A stretch of 64,000 bases of DNA, taken from the NCBI GenBank assembly GCA_964106915.2, contig OZ066914.1. One strand, given 5' to 3'. The translations under genes were made by a program, and so were the position numbers. The notes beneath the pieces were generated by a model. It worked only from the letters and a program-made list of their open reading frames with translations. It was not told the origin of the DNA and searched no databases. This DNA is from Podarcis gaigeae (Eukaryota). The first letter of the stretch is position 1; each line of letters begins with the position of its first letter. Below are positions 47,798-61,785 of this stretch, piece by piece.

Positions 47798-50700
47798 ATG
47801 TGTCCGGCAGATCCAGCATCTGAGGTCAGTACAAAAGTCAGTCCAAAAATGTACGGGGCTAGATGGGGTCAGTCACCTCCTGGTTCTCAACTGGTTTTAA
47901 GTACTGGTGGGATGCTAGAAAATCTTTCAGATCTCTTCAGCGGAGATTAGAATGATACGCTTTGATTGTGTTTGGTTCGTTTTGAGATACTGCGCACTCA
48001 GAGAATTTATTCTTTATCTCAGCATTGTAACTTACAGGGTAGCTTAGTGGTTAGAGAGTGTCGGACTAGGACCTGTGAGATCAGGGTTCGAATCCCAACT
48101 CAGCCATGCAACTTGCTGAGTGAGCTTGGGCCAGGCACTTTCTCAGCCTAAACCTCAAAGGTTGTGAGGATAAAATGGGAGAGGTGAGAACCATGTGTGC
48201 TGCCTCGAGCTCCTTGGAGGAAAGGTGGGATGTAAATGTAGTAAATAAATAGCAATGGATGCCGTGGTTTTGGTAAATGAGGCTCATTGTGCTCATTCCT
48301 CATTTTCCCTTCCTTAGCAGTTTAGAGAGCCATATGAAAGGTTCATACATCAGCATCTTCAATACTATGGCTATTTCAAAGGTAAGAATCTGATCCCAAT
48401 CTGGGATTGGGTCCCATACAGATCGGTTTGTTTTATTTTATCTACCATTATCAGGCTCTGTAACTGATTGCTATAAAACATTTTCAGACATTTCTAAATG
48501 TTTTTAATTGTTTTGCTGTTTGCTGCCCTGGACTCCTTTGAGAGGAAGTGTAGCATAGAAATGTAATAAATGAATAGTCCTTAAGGTGCCAAAAGACCCC
48601 TCATTGTAATTTCCCCCTTATACCCAAGTTATAACTAGCAATACTTGTTGACTTTAGTGGAATTTACTTCAGAATATGTGTATGCAATATCTTACTTTAT
48701 TTGTCTACCTAATATCTGTTATGTTAGATCTCTGTAAGGCTTCAGTGAATTCAGTGAGACCTATTTCTGAGTAGACATATATAGGATTGCACTGTAGATT
48801 GACATAGTCCCTCCTTATTATTTGGATGACACTGATAGCTATGCATACAAGCTATGCTACTGGCATATAAAAAGTAGCCCTAGTACTATAATGTTAGTTT
48901 TAAATTTTTAATCAGTGGGTTTTTCATGCCAGTATAGTAGCTCACTACAATAACGATAAGCTCAGAAATAAATTGATTTTGCCTATATTAGTTTGGGCTA
49001 GTTTTTCACATTAATAGTAGCATTTCCCCCCCCCCCCCCAGATGAAAATGTTCCTCAGAGCCCCAGTTTGCCTCTTGAAAGTTGGAAGAGTTCTTGTCCT
49101 GTGTCGAAGCCGGGTAACTTCCACAAGAAAAGTAGAGCAGAAAATAATTCAAGCAAGAACACATTCTGTAAGTAAGATGTAAGCCTGATATGAGAAATAT
49201 ATTGATTGAGTTGCTGTGAATGAACTGTATGATTGTGGTCTCATATCTGCAAGGCTCCTGGGTATCTGTAAATAAATTTCTTTTGTATTATTTCTTTTCC
49301 CTTTTCAGGTTCACTTATGATGGAGACTGCACTTCTTAAAAGCAACCAACTTACGTTTGACCATCCAGAGGGGCCTGGTATTCCACGCTTGAGAGAACCT
49401 CGGAATCTTTTTTCTGTTCCCAATGATTCACTGTTGGCTCCACTCTGGCCAGTAGAATGTGAAGTGATCAAGGATTATATCCACCACATTGGTAATTTCT
49501 TGGATTGAAATCAATGTTTTACATGGTTGATAATGTTTTGCTTTAAAGCTTTATGGCTATACAAGGACTGTGACTGAATACTTTTTCATTTGCACAAATC
49601 CAGATAAACAACTCAAAAATGAACAATGTAAGTTTAAGATTCTCTTGGGCCGTTTTAAAATATGTGAATATATAATACCCAATCACTTTTCATAGTGCTT
49701 CCATACTAAAAGAAACAAACCATTATTTCAGTTGGCTCTATGGAGATGAGATTCCCAATTTTGTTATAAATGTATTGTGGATTAAATAACCATTATGGTG
49801 GCAGGATTTAATTAAGACCATTTCTCACATTCCCTTGTTATAGCAAAGAAATCAATACTTTGGTTAGGAAAATATGTAAAATATAATGTGTGAATAGTGG
49901 TATCAGTGTATTTGAGAAGCCAAATGCATTGCCATTTCAGTGTTTGTCACCAGATGGACAAGTGTAAGTTTAATATTGACTGTCACTCACTTTTTATTTA
50001 ATAAGATCAGTTAATGAGGTCATAAAATTAATATTGTGGGGGGAAATCTATGTGTTAGCTGTGACTCATAACTTGGCATTATCAGGAAATTTATCATTAC
50101 TATGGTCTCTAATGAAAATGTTTCTAAAATAAGCCCCAAGAGTCCGATCTCTTAGAACCTTCATTGATTTGGCTTTTATTTTGTGTGCTTTCCTTTCTCC
50201 GGAGTTCCAGGGCTGGAGAACTTGATCCAGCTGGTGGGCCAAATCCTGACATCTCCCATGGCTACTTTAATAGGTGGGCAGGGCCACCCATCTGTTAACC
50301 CCATGACTTACCATGGCATCAGGTGACAGACCACACAGACCAAATTAGGACCACTGCTGGACCTAATTTGGCTTGTAGGCCAAAGTTTTCCTATCACTAC
50401 TCTAATTCATGTTACAGCACATATAGTTTTCAGTTTAAGTAATTTTATTTGTATTCCATTCTTCCTACTTATTTGTTTTCCTTGTCATACAACTAGAGAT
50501 TGAGGGGAAATACTTCAATTCTTATTTAATGTCTAATTTTTTTCCTTCTAAAAGTACAAATAAGGCCACAATAGAAATAAATGTCTTTATGTATTTTGTT
50601 AGAGTGGGTTCCTCCTGAACCTGAACCTTTCTATCAGCCAACAGAAAATGAAATGGCTCCAGAAGTAATGGGAGAGGATCATGGAACTGTTGTCTATGTC

Positions 50701-53700
50701 ATAGATCCAGGTATTTGCGTACATACACTGACAATAAACTGTAATAAAAGATATAGTACATATAGTGACCATTCCAGTAAACAAGATTGTAGGCATGAAA
50801 AATGTAAACTCGGAAGTCTGATTTTTTTAAACAGCCTGAAATTATTATAAATATTGAACAATTTAATCCTAAAAATAGTAGCTGCCTCAAATTTGTAAAG
50901 TTTCTAACAGCTCCATTGGTAGCCATTATGGGGGAAAGCACCTGTGAAACTACAGCATCTTTAGTTCTTTGCCCTGTTCTTAGAATATAGTAATAGAAGC
51001 CAAATTGAAGTCATATTTTTATTTGCAGCCAGTTTTCAGTGCTATTTGTTCATGGTTGCTCAGGACTGAGTAATTGGTTTTGCAGAATTGGCACACATAG
51101 CTGCTAATTAAGACAAAACTGCAATGCTAAGTCAGTGATAGCCATGCTTCCTCTTCTGTAGCAACCAAGGGTACCTGTTTCACTGGTTCCCGAGTTGGAG
51201 GGTCGAAAGAGCCCATCAAATCAGCTGCAGTCAGCTTAAAAGATCCAGAAGACACCACGCTGTTGTTTGAATCACGCTTTGAGAGTGGGAATCTCCAGAA
51301 AGCCGTCAGGGTGTGAGTAAGAGGAACTATCTGGAACTAAAAGAGGGAAAAACTTTTTAATATTATGGTTATAATGGGTGTGGAACCTCAAACCTGGAGC
51401 CACATACAGCCCTCCATACCTCTAACTGGCCCTGGCACTCTTCCTCGGCCCACCCCTCACTGGTCCTGCACTGCTTCCTCCTCAAGTGCTTTTGTTTGAA
51501 CTGTGTCCTTGGACTTTGATTATTTGTCTTGCTTGCTTGGCTGGAGAGAGATGGGGAGGGGGTGTAGAAACGTTTCCACAGGTGGAATGTAGCATACAGA
51601 GATACCTTGGTTCTTGAATGGTTTAGTTGCCAAACAAATCGGCTCCCAAACCCCGCAAACCCAGAAGTAAGTGTTCTGGTTTGCGAACGTTTTGTGGAAG
51701 CTGAACATCCTATGCAGCTTCCACTTGAGTGCAGGAAGCTCCTGCAGCCAATCAGAAGCCGTGCCTTAGTTTTTGAACTGTTTCAGGAGTTGAACGGACT
51801 TCCGGAATGGATTAAGTTTGAGAACCAAGGTATCACTGTATTGTACAAAGGTAAGAGTCACATTTTTTGTTTTGCCTATTTTTGCCTCTAGACTTGCCTA
51901 CTCTTAGGCTGAAAAGATTCCCCACCCTGGGTCTGGGTCATCACTTTTTGAGACTTTCTTTAAGTACTAGCATGCCCATCATACATGCCTAGATCTTCAA
52001 GTGCTGCTTATCCATCTGATGCAATCCTAAACAGGTCAAACAGTTTTTGATATTGAGTATCTTATGACCAGAAATTTATTGAATATATTATAGGTAAAAA
52101 TAAAGGGACCCCTGACCATTAGGTCCAGTTGTGACCGACTCTGGGGTTGTGGCGCTCATCTAACTTTATTGGCCGAGGGAGCTGGCGTACAGCTTCTGGG
52201 TCATGTGGCCAGCATGACTAAGCCACTTCTGGCGAATCAGAGCAGCGCACGGAAATGCCGTTTACCTTCCCGCCGGAGCGGTACCTATTTATCTACTTGT
52301 ACGTGCTTTTGAACTGCTAGGTTGGCAGATATTATGGGTAGCTTGCATTTATTATGTTAAATTATTCCAAATACCTTTAATTATTGCAATTCTGTGGACA
52401 TATGTGGGCAACCTGACCAGCTCCCTCAATACTCCCTAAAAAGTCTTATGGTACCTTAAAGACTAACAGATTTTTTGTGGCATATAATTTCTGGTAGTCT
52501 TTAAGTTGCCACAATAAATTCTTGTATAATTCTGTTACAGCAAAGTCTCCTCTGAAATGGCCTTTGTGAATTTGGCATTTTATCTTATGCTCAACATCAC
52601 TAAAGTATGAATACTAGTTTGCTGAGGTTTCCAGTGCTTTGAAAATGTGTGTGTATGAAAATGTCTACATGAAACCCTAGAACAGAGATTTTCAAACTGT
52701 GTGTCCTGACACATTAGTGTGTCGGCTGCTGTGTGTAGATGTCTTGCACTCCTCCCAGGGCTGGGAAGGGGTTAGTTTAACCTCTGGTTTGCTAGTAAAA
52801 CTGTGTCACGAAATGATGCATGTCTAAAAAGTGTGGCACCAACATGGAAAGCTTGGGAAGCTCTGCCCTAGAGAGCCACTTCAAGCAAATAAAGACATTG
52901 CTGAACAAGATGGACCAATGGTGTGACTCAGTATAAGGCAGCATCTTATGTTCCAAATAATCAATAAAATAAATGTTGAAGCTGAATAAGAAACATATTG
53001 CGCATGCTGTGTTCTGAGGATATTTAATATTAACAGAATTTGCTAAACAGCACCAAATTATTAGGTAAGCATTTCCTCACCAGTGAGCTTGTGTGAGTGC
53101 ATTGAAATAATATTTAAAATATATACTGCACTTAGCTTATCAGTTCTTTGTAGTTTTGGTAGAGCAGCCACTTTCCCAACTGCATGCAATTTTTCTGTTG
53201 AGCTTTCAGTTCAGCAGTTTTCACACCAACTCTAAACCGATTTAAGCTCAAAGTGTGGGGTTCTATTCCAATCTTGTCCATTAATGGTTATTAGCTAATG
53301 CCCAATTCATTGTCAAAGCAATCAGCTCATGAAGTTAAGGCAATTATTAATATGTGTACACACAATGGCTTGGGCTTAAATCCATGCCTTAGTCCCTACC
53401 TGACCCTTGAACACTAGTAGCTATTTAATTTTTTTTGAAAAACTATATGCCAAAATTCATGTCTAATTTAGATCTGAATTGGGGCTTCAACATCAAGCCA
53501 AGTGTTTTTCTTCTCTCTCTCTCTCTACTTCCATTTTGCTTAACTTCCATTAAGCCTGATGAAGCTTCTGTAGAACTCAAAAGTTCCTCATTATTTTGTT
53601 GGTTCTAAGGAAGCTAATGTGCATTTTGGAATTCTTCTCATAGATCAACAGGGCTTCTTTGCTTTCTGTATCTCCTATCAACCAACTATTCAGGGTTATT

Positions 53701-56700
53701 AGCAAGCAATCATCACTTCATTTCCCTAAGGAATTGTTGGCCAATAGCTATAACCACACCAACCCAGTTGATTTGATTCAATTAAATTAAGTGAAGTAAG
53801 GGGACTTTCAGATGCTCTATTTATTGAGCAGTCATCCCAATCTGTTTGCAGGGAGGCTAGATGCTGTTGGCTATTTAGTGAGCATTCATCCTGATTTGAT
53901 TGTTATACAATTTTTGATTGAGGTTATATAATATTGCATCAAGGAAGTGTTATCTCATGTTTTCCAGTGTATTTTCCTGTCACTTTCCTTATTACAAAAA
54001 GTCCAGTCATGAGGAAGTGGGTTTGTTGCTCAAGACCACCCAATCAATTGTAATTGTGCAACCTGAATTTTTTTTGTATGTTATTGAATCCCACCTGAAA
54101 ATAGTGATAGTCTGGAATCACCCTTAGTCTGTAGAATTTTGATGATATGTAACATTTCCCTCCATGGACTGGAAAGTTTCTGATGGCTTCTTATGCATTT
54201 TTTCTTGATTACTGCATTTCAGAGGCAAGTATGAATATGAACTCACATTGCGGACAGATCTTTATACCAGCAAGTACACGCAATGGTACTATTTCAGAGT
54301 ACAAAATACTAGAAAGGATGTCACCTATCGCTTCACTATTGTTAATCTGATGAAAGCTAAGAGTCTCTACAGTGTAGGGATGAAGCCTCTCCTGTACTCT
54401 GAAAAGGATGCCGAGTCTCATGGTATTGGCTGGAGGAGAGAGGGCAGTAACATTAAATATTATAAATACAACACAGAAGATGGTCAGACCCTATATTGCC
54501 TCACCTGGACATTTCATTTTCCACATAGCCATGATACATGTTATTTTGCTCACTTCTATCCTTACACCTATACAGATCTGCAGCACTACCTCATGACTTT
54601 AGTAAATAATCCACTCTGTTCTCAGTATTGCAAACTTCGCCCTCTATGCCGCAGTCTAGCTGGGAACACAGTCTACCTCCTCACTATTACCAATCCATCC
54701 AAAAGTGCCATTGCTGCTGCTGCAAAGAAAGCTATTGTACTAAGTGCCAGAGTTCATCCTGGGGAAACAAACAGTTCGTGGGTGATGAGAGGCTTCCTTG
54801 ATTTCATCTTAAGTGATTCCCCTGATGCTCGACTCCTTCGAGATCTCTTCATATTCAAGGTTGTGCCCATGCTAAACCCAGATGGAGTAATTGTTGGAAA
54901 TTACCGCTGCTCACTGGCAGGAAGGGACTTGAACAGGAACTACAGAACAGTACTGAAGGAATCCTTTCCTTGCATTTGGCACACTCGAGCCATGATCAAA
55001 AGGTGCGTGACAAACCATTTTATGAACTGGATCTGAATACCTGGGAGCAGAGTGGGTGAAATTCAGAACCACACAAAGGAAACCATTATAGAGCCTTTGT
55101 GACTGTGCATTTTTAGTAATCTATATATATTTTTCAAATTGAAAATATTATGTACATTGGTTTAAGAGTCTGCACTGGAATTGTGTTTTAATCTGTTTTT
55201 ATTGTTTTATCATGGTTTGTTGCTCTTGATTTGGGAATGTTTGCAAATGCAGATCAGGAAGGAAAAGAAATAGTTCTTGAGACAACTTTAAAAATTGAAT
55301 ACTTGTCTTTCCTGGGAAACATAAAAAGATAGTTACTGTGAACATGAGGGGGAATGCTGTGCATGAACAGAGATCTGTCCATAGACAATTTCCATGGCAG
55401 TTTTGTGTAGTGTATGCAACTATAGTCGCAACAGAGCATTCCTATACTTCCATTATAACTAAGGAGAGCAATAATCAGATTGAAGCACATGGTCTCTAAA
55501 CCTGCACAGTAGTGTTCATGCTTCAGTCCCTTCTCCCTGAACATGGGAGAGAGGTGGAGACTGCAGTAACTGTGATTATATTTACCCCTTTTCTCTTGGG
55601 GGGTCCCATGGGAGCTCTGTGGATGCAGTGGCTGATCTTCCTTGTGTATCTGTGATCCTCATGAGTGTTTGGCCAACAGTGGCAATGGCTGCAATGCAGT
55701 GCCTGGCCTTTGCCAAAAGAGAGTTTACCTGTGTATGGGGCTGAGTACCTCCTGTGTGTAGGACACAGCTTTCTGCTGTTGGAGGAGGAAAGAATGTCAT
55801 AGCACATACAGTATGCACAAGAGGATGTAATATTCACATATGGAAAGATGGGTGGGGAAATGAAGGGAAATGATGTTATTTTGCCATTTGTGCCAGTACC
55901 ACATGCTGTTTGGTGCTTTTCATGCATGGCTAATGTGTGAATGGCACTGGTGGGCAACATTGTGACTGATGAATGGTGATAGAGTTACCCAGAAAGCTGT
56001 GGGAATGTCTGCCAGTGTTGCTGTGGTTTCTTTTGTTCCTACAGCTGTTACTGTGCTTTCTGCTTAGTTGTTGCAACTCCATGGTATTGCAACTACATTA
56101 ATACAGCATTAACTGGGAACATAGGATCAGGTTGCCTTTTTACCTTAAATAATGAAGCATCGAATAGAGGCCTAGCTTAAGGGATTTCATTCATTCAGGA
56201 ATGCTTCTAGAACTTGTTCCAACTACTTAATTCTTCCACATCGGTGGGAAAGAAATAGAACAGTATGGTTATTAGTGTGCAGCCAGCTAGCCATTTATAT
56301 GTTTAATTGGGTTTGATTTATTTGCAAGGGTCCTTGAGGATCGTGAAGTTCTGTTGTACTGTGACTTCCATGGACACAGCCGGAAGAATAATATATTCAT
56401 GTATGGCTGTAATAACAAATATGCACAAGAGCGATTATTCCATGAACGAATCTTTCCTCTTATGTTAAGCAAGAATATTCCTGACAAGGTGAGGTATAGT
56501 TTATAGGAAGATCTTAGTTCATTATCAATTATGTGTTGGAAATTACCTTTTGTTGCAATGTGTTTTCCTGTTTCAGTTTCTTCACTCAGTTCTGAGTAAA
56601 GCATGTCTCCACATTTCCTTATCTCCTGGGTTTTTTAATGAGAGTGTCTATAAATTACCTTAAAGCTGGCTATTATATCTGGCCTACTACTCTTATCATG

Positions 56701-59700
56701 ATAGGAAGATACTTTTATCTTCCTAACAATTTACATTATAATGCCCAGATTTTTCATCACTTAGCTGAAGTAAACATTCTGGCTTATATTTTTTAGATTC
56801 AGTCATTCCACACTTGAAGTGATATGACAGCAGATGATGCATATTGAATCTAGGTTGTTTTTTCCTGCTCTGAGCTAAAATATAATTTCAAACAAACTCT
56901 TCATTTGGTTCCAATATGAGATTAGTAAAACATTGGGTGATGTCCAGCTAAGTCATACTCGGAATAGACTCACTAAAATCAATGGGCTAAAGTCCATTGA
57001 TGTTAGTTTGTCTGTTCAATGACTAACATTAGATGTCCAGATTAGTTAATGTATACATAAAATGGTCTTGGGTGATGATAATTTAGGAATTGACTGAGAA
57101 ATAATATATGTTGAATATACAGGAATTTTTAAAATACTAAGAATGGTTCTATATAGTAATGTAAATAGAGAAGATGTTCTAGTATTTCAAGAGGTGTCTG
57201 CTTGGCCACTGCGGGTTAGATGGACCCTTGGTTGATCCACCAGGGCTTGTCTTCTGTTCTAAAGAGAGATAATAAATTAGTTTTTAAAATACAATCTAAT
57301 TTTACCAATCTGGATGTTTAGTTTTCTTTCAACAGCTGTAAGTTTCAAGTCCAAAAGTGCAAAGAAGGAACAGGACGGGTTGTGATGTGGCGAATGGGGA
57401 TAGTGAATAGCTATACTATGGAATCTACATTCAGTGGGACAACTCTGGGTAAGTGTACATTTTTGTCCAAGACCAAAGCAGACATTATCTGTCAATGAAA
57501 AGCTGGTGGTATACCGCAGTACAGTAGTGGGATGTAGCAAAGGACTGACTGACTTGGGGGGGGGGGCGACATTCACTTTTGGCCAGCCTTCCAGGGATCA
57601 CATAGCAGCTGTGAGTGTAGCTGCCCCACATTATTGCAACCACAGGACACATACATGCACATGCATGCAGAATACACACAGAGGCACGCAGAGCCTTTCC
57701 CCTCAGCTGATCCATTATCACCTCCATCACATCTATTTTTCCATTATCATGCTCTGTAATTTCTGGCTTGTCATAACACTGGATAGAAAGGTAGGAAGAA
57801 AGAAAAGAAAGAGGTTAAGTTATAACCTCTGTTTCAATCATCAATGTATTTAATAGTTTTAAAAGACATTCAGCATATAATTTTTCCATGCTGGATGTTG
57901 TGTACTGGAGTGTAATTTGCTAAAGACTGAAGAACTACTTGTCTGTTTGTCTTTCTCAGGCAATAATAATAACTCTCATTTTACCTATGAGGATCTCAAA
58001 TCTCTGGGCTACCATGTCTGTGACACCTTATTGGACTTTTGTGACCCTGACCGTTCTAAGGTAAGAGTTTCCTGTTACTGCTAAGCAGGGTCAAAGGACA
58101 ATGATGGACCAGCCAGTGTCTTTAACTATTTCCTGTTTTTCTGAGACCAGCCTCTGATACTGCCTTTTTTACTTTTCACATTTTGAAAAGGTGTCTATTG
58201 AAAGCCAGAGATATTTGGATTTGTAATGGAAGCATGGTCGGATACAAATCTGAGACATGCATTTAGCAAAGCTCCTAGTTTCCTCTCGGCTGCTCATATA
58301 TCTGAGATGTGCAAAAATCTTCAAGTAGTTATTATTTATTTCATAAATTTATATACTGCTTGATTGTAAGAAAACCCCCCGAAAGTGGTTTAAAAAAACC
58401 TTGAAATGGTTAGCAAATCTATTCTACCCTGAGTGCTTCAATTCTGCTCAGATGAGATATTTGCTAACCAAAAAACTGCATTATGTAAGTTTTTAATCGG
58501 CAGTTCGTCCATGCTTTCTACCCTTTCTCTTAGTTTCAGCAATGCCTATCTGAACTTAAGGAACTACTGAAGCAAAAAATCCAGAGAAAGCTCTCAGAGC
58601 TGGGCCATGTACAAAACATAGATGGTACTTGGAGTGACATCTCTCTATCAGATGTTGAATCCAGGTAACTCAAGTCTGCAAGCTTTTACTGACTCGAACC
58701 TTAGAGAAATGACAAGAAAATAGTGCTGACAACAGGTGACGTTCCAGGCTTTATTGACAAATTAAAACCTGACATATCACCCAGTCCAAATGGCATCTAC
58801 TAAAAAGTTCTTAAAGAACTTAAATGTGAAATTGCTAATCTTCTTAAAAAATATGTAATTTGTCCCTAAGATCAGTCCCCATACCCAGGGATCAGATGTA
58901 ATACCAGTTTTTTTTTAAAGGATCAGAGATGATTTGGGATATTACAGACCAGTTAGCTTACCATCTGTTCCAGTACTGATAATTGATTCCTACTCTCTGC
59001 TTCCTGTTTCTTAACTAATTACTGACTCATAAGAGGATCTCTCCTCTTATTCCATGCCTGCTAAGTTTACCCAGGAAACATTGGTCTAGAATTTTATGAA
59101 AAGCTTTTTCAAATTCTAAGTACAGTGGTGCCCCGCAAGACGAATGCCTCGCAAAACGCGCAAGACGAAAGGGTTTTTCGGTTTTTGCGTCGCTTCGCTA
59201 GACGATTTTCCCATGGGCTTGATTCGCAAGATGAAACGTCTTGCGAGTTCTTGCGAGTTTGTTTCCTTTTTCTTAAAGCCGCTAAGCCGTTAATAGCTGC
59301 TAAGCCGCTAATAGCCGTGCTTTGCAAGACGAAAAAACCGCAAGACAAAGAGACTTGCGGAACGGATTAATTTCGTCTTGCGAGGCACCACTGTACACAA
59401 TGTCAACTGGATCATCTCTGTTTCACATATATTGCACAGGAGGCAGAATAGCAGTTGCTGGAAACCACAGGAGTAAAAAGTGCTCTTGTGCTTGAATCCT
59501 GCTTGCATGTTTTCCAGCCACTGTTCAGCCACTGTGAAAACAAGATATTGGACTAGATGAGCCATTGGCCTAATCCTGGGGGTCCTTATGTTCTTATGTT
59601 GCCCTGCATCACACCAATGGTTTCCTTTTCCTTTAATTAGCACAAGTGGCTCAGACAGTTCCCAGTCAGATGGCCCCCCTGCACATTTGCTCAACATGGA

Positions 59701-61785
59701 TGAGAAGGTGAGAGTTATTCATTTTTTGGTGAACAAATCTACCTGGAAAAATATAAAAACTTCAATATCCTGGTCCCTTGTAATGGAATGGGGACACTAA
59801 CCTTACTGCAGATTGGGTTGCTATTGATGTTAGTGGCTCAGAAAGAGACAATTACAGGAGATGTGCATTCTGTTACGGGGGGAAAAATGCACATATTTCA
59901 AAGGATTTAATGAAAAGTGGAAAAAATTAATTGATGAGGCTTTTTTATTTTGTTGCTGTATCTGTTTTCTATAGTTTATTTTCTTCATGCTTTTTGTACT
60001 AATTTATTGTCAATGAAAAGTATGCTAGTGGTATTGTAATCTATGCAAAGATGTTTTTTTTCAATACTAAGCTTGTTTTGATACTAGCAATTGAAATTCT
60101 ACATTGTATACTCACACTGGCTGTTTTTGGAAAACTCATTTCAGCAAGTTCTTTTAAACATGCCTTAAAAGGCTAGGCATTTCTGCAAGAGAAGGAGGAG
60201 CTTTCCATTTGCCTTTTTCTGTTTAAAGGACACAATTAATATCCTAGTTCTTCAGTGAAATAGCAAGGAGTGCTCAGTCTCTAAATATTTGAAAAATCTA
60301 CACACACCCCATAGTTGAGTTGATTTTGTCAGTTGTTTTCTGTGAGATGCCTTTGAGACCTGTTTCCACATAGCAGTTGCTAGAGTAAAACATGCATGAA
60401 CTGGAAGGAGAATTGCATTTTCCTGCCAATAATGTAGTGTGGTTTTAGTGCTGGGAAAATGCAGCCACAAAATTTATATTTTGAATGAAGATAACTGGAC
60501 TGCCTGCAACAAATAAGTAAAGCAGGCACTTCTGTCTTTCGGAAGATGACAATTTGTACAAGTCCTAAGAAAACTATGCTACTGGTTGCTATTGGAGCCT
60601 GGATAGGTAACTTATTAGGACTGTGCTGTGGAAAAGAACAAGAATTATACTGTGGGTGGGACTTAAGAACTGAGCAGAAAAGTACTACAAACACTGGGAG
60701 ATAAGCTGTATTTCCTATGCTTGTTGACTCAGAAGTAAATACAACTGTGTTCAACAGAACTTACTCAAATGTAAGTGTGCACAAGATTACAGCCTAAATG
60801 CCACAGAGCAATCTCAATAATTTCTAAATTATTATTTATTTGGAATCTAGGAATACTTTGGTTGCTGAAGGAAATAGAAATGGACTTTAAGGCCTGGTTT
60901 GCATGTCACACTAAACCATACCATAGTTTAGCATGAACATGCAGGTGTACAAGCTGTTTGAGGGGAAACCATGGCTACTTTGCTGCTCCCTGGTCATTCT
61001 GCTGCTGTGCTAAGCTACGGTTTGGTTTAGCATGCTGTCTGAACCCAGGCTCATGCCTTAGCTCTCTCAGACAAGCCATAAGACAATCAGTTGCAGCTTG
61101 TGATTAGCAGACTCTCCAAGTGTCCCTATTTTCCAGGGACGTCCCTGATTTAGAGAAACCATCCTGGGTTCTGATTTGATCCCGGAATGTCCCACTTTTC
61201 CTTAGGATGTCCCTATTTTCAGTGGAGAAATGTTGGAGGGTATGGAGTTATCTGATCCCCCAGCCATCTGAAGGCAATCCTGTATAGGGAAGGTTGTTTA
61301 ATGTTTAATGTTTACTATGTTTTTATATATGTTGGAAGCAGCCCAGAGAGGCTGGGGCAACCCAGTAAGATGTGTGAGGTATAAATAGTAAAATTATCAT
61401 TATGGAATGGGATGCCCTTATTTTCACTGGAGAAAACTAAACCACAAGCCTGGATTTGGCAAAATGTTATGCCAAGCCACGGCTTAGCTCAGGATTGCAG
61501 ATCACAGAATGACTAGGGTGAAGCAAGGTTGCTGAAATCTCCTCTCGGAATCTTTATGCTTGTTTAGTTTAGTTTAGCATGCAAACAAAACCAGTGTTTG
61601 ACTGCATTTAGGTGGTAACTGGGAACACTTTCACAATTGTGTTGTTATGTTTTTATTCTCTGAAGGATTTTAATGAGAAGAAGAAAAAGAAGAAAAAGAA
61701 ACAACTCAGAACAAGGAAGGAAAGGAATGAGTTGCATCAGAAACTTACTCTGAGTCAAACACCAAAACATAAGAAAGATATCCTG
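47798..61785 (+). CDS. AGBL2: Cytosolic carboxypeptidase 2 (CCP2, M14 family tubulin deglutamylase), 3'-partial
   Basis: Exons 47798-47824, 48318-48381, 49042-49167, 49309-49491, 50603-50710, 51162-51312, 54223-55002, 56329-56488, 57322-57448, 57960-58060, 58534-58664, 59641-59707, 61666-61785, phases consistent. Motifs: [32 protein letters not shown] (Zn-binding HxxE), [20 protein letters not shown] (catalytic Glu). Synteny with NUP160-FNBP4 favours AGBL2 over AGBL3. Confidence 0.93.
48037..48251 (+). mobile_element. tRNA-derived squamate SINE (Squam/CORE-like)
   Basis: A-box TAGCTTAGTGG, B-box GGTTCGAATCC, 3' end GGGATGTAAATGTAGTAAATAAATA. Confidence 0.75.
51597..51838. mobile_element. Tc1/mariner (pogo/Tigger-like) MITE
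   Basis: TA TSD; TIRs CAGAGATACCTTGGTTCT / AGAACCAAGGTATCACTG. Confidence 0.85.
52092..52328 (-). mobile_element. 5'-truncated Sauria SINE, minus strand
   Basis: Reverse complement of the core (GGTACCTATTTATCTACTTG) and tail (AAAGGGACCCCTGACC); candidate TSD ATATTAT. Confidence 0.88.
52440..52512. mobile_element. Penelope-like element terminal fragment
   Basis: TGGTACCTTAAAGACTAAC ... GTAGTCTTTAAGTTGCCACA inverted motif. Confidence 0.45.
52683..52865. mobile_element. hAT-type MITE
   Basis: TIRs CAGAGATTTTCAAACT / AGCTTGGGAAGCTCTG; TSD CCCTAGAA / CCCTAGAG. Confidence 0.75.
54223..55002 (+). CDS. AGBL2: AGBL2 large 780-nt catalytic-domain exon
   Basis: Matches ORF 54248..55036; acceptor TTTCAG|, donor AAG|GTGCGT; contains HPGE and NPDG. 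Confidence 0.95.
58690..58975 (+). mobile_element. Decayed CR1 LINE reverse-transcriptase fragment
   Basis: Degenerate translation resembles [24 protein letters not shown] ... GNYRPVSLTSVP of CR1 ORF2. Confidence 0.7.
59123..59393. mobile_element. Tc1/mariner MITE, same family as 18227-18513, opposite orientation
   Basis: TA TSD; TIRs CAGTGGTGCCCCGCAAGACG / CGTCTTGCGAGGCACCACTG; internal CCGCTAA repeats. Confidence 0.92.
61108..61435. mobile_element. hAT-like non-autonomous element fragment with TGTCCCTATTTT subterminal repeats
   Basis: Repeated GTGTCCCTATTTT / GATGTCCCTATTTT motifs resembling the 27393 MITE family; ends not clearly defined. Confidence 0.5.
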
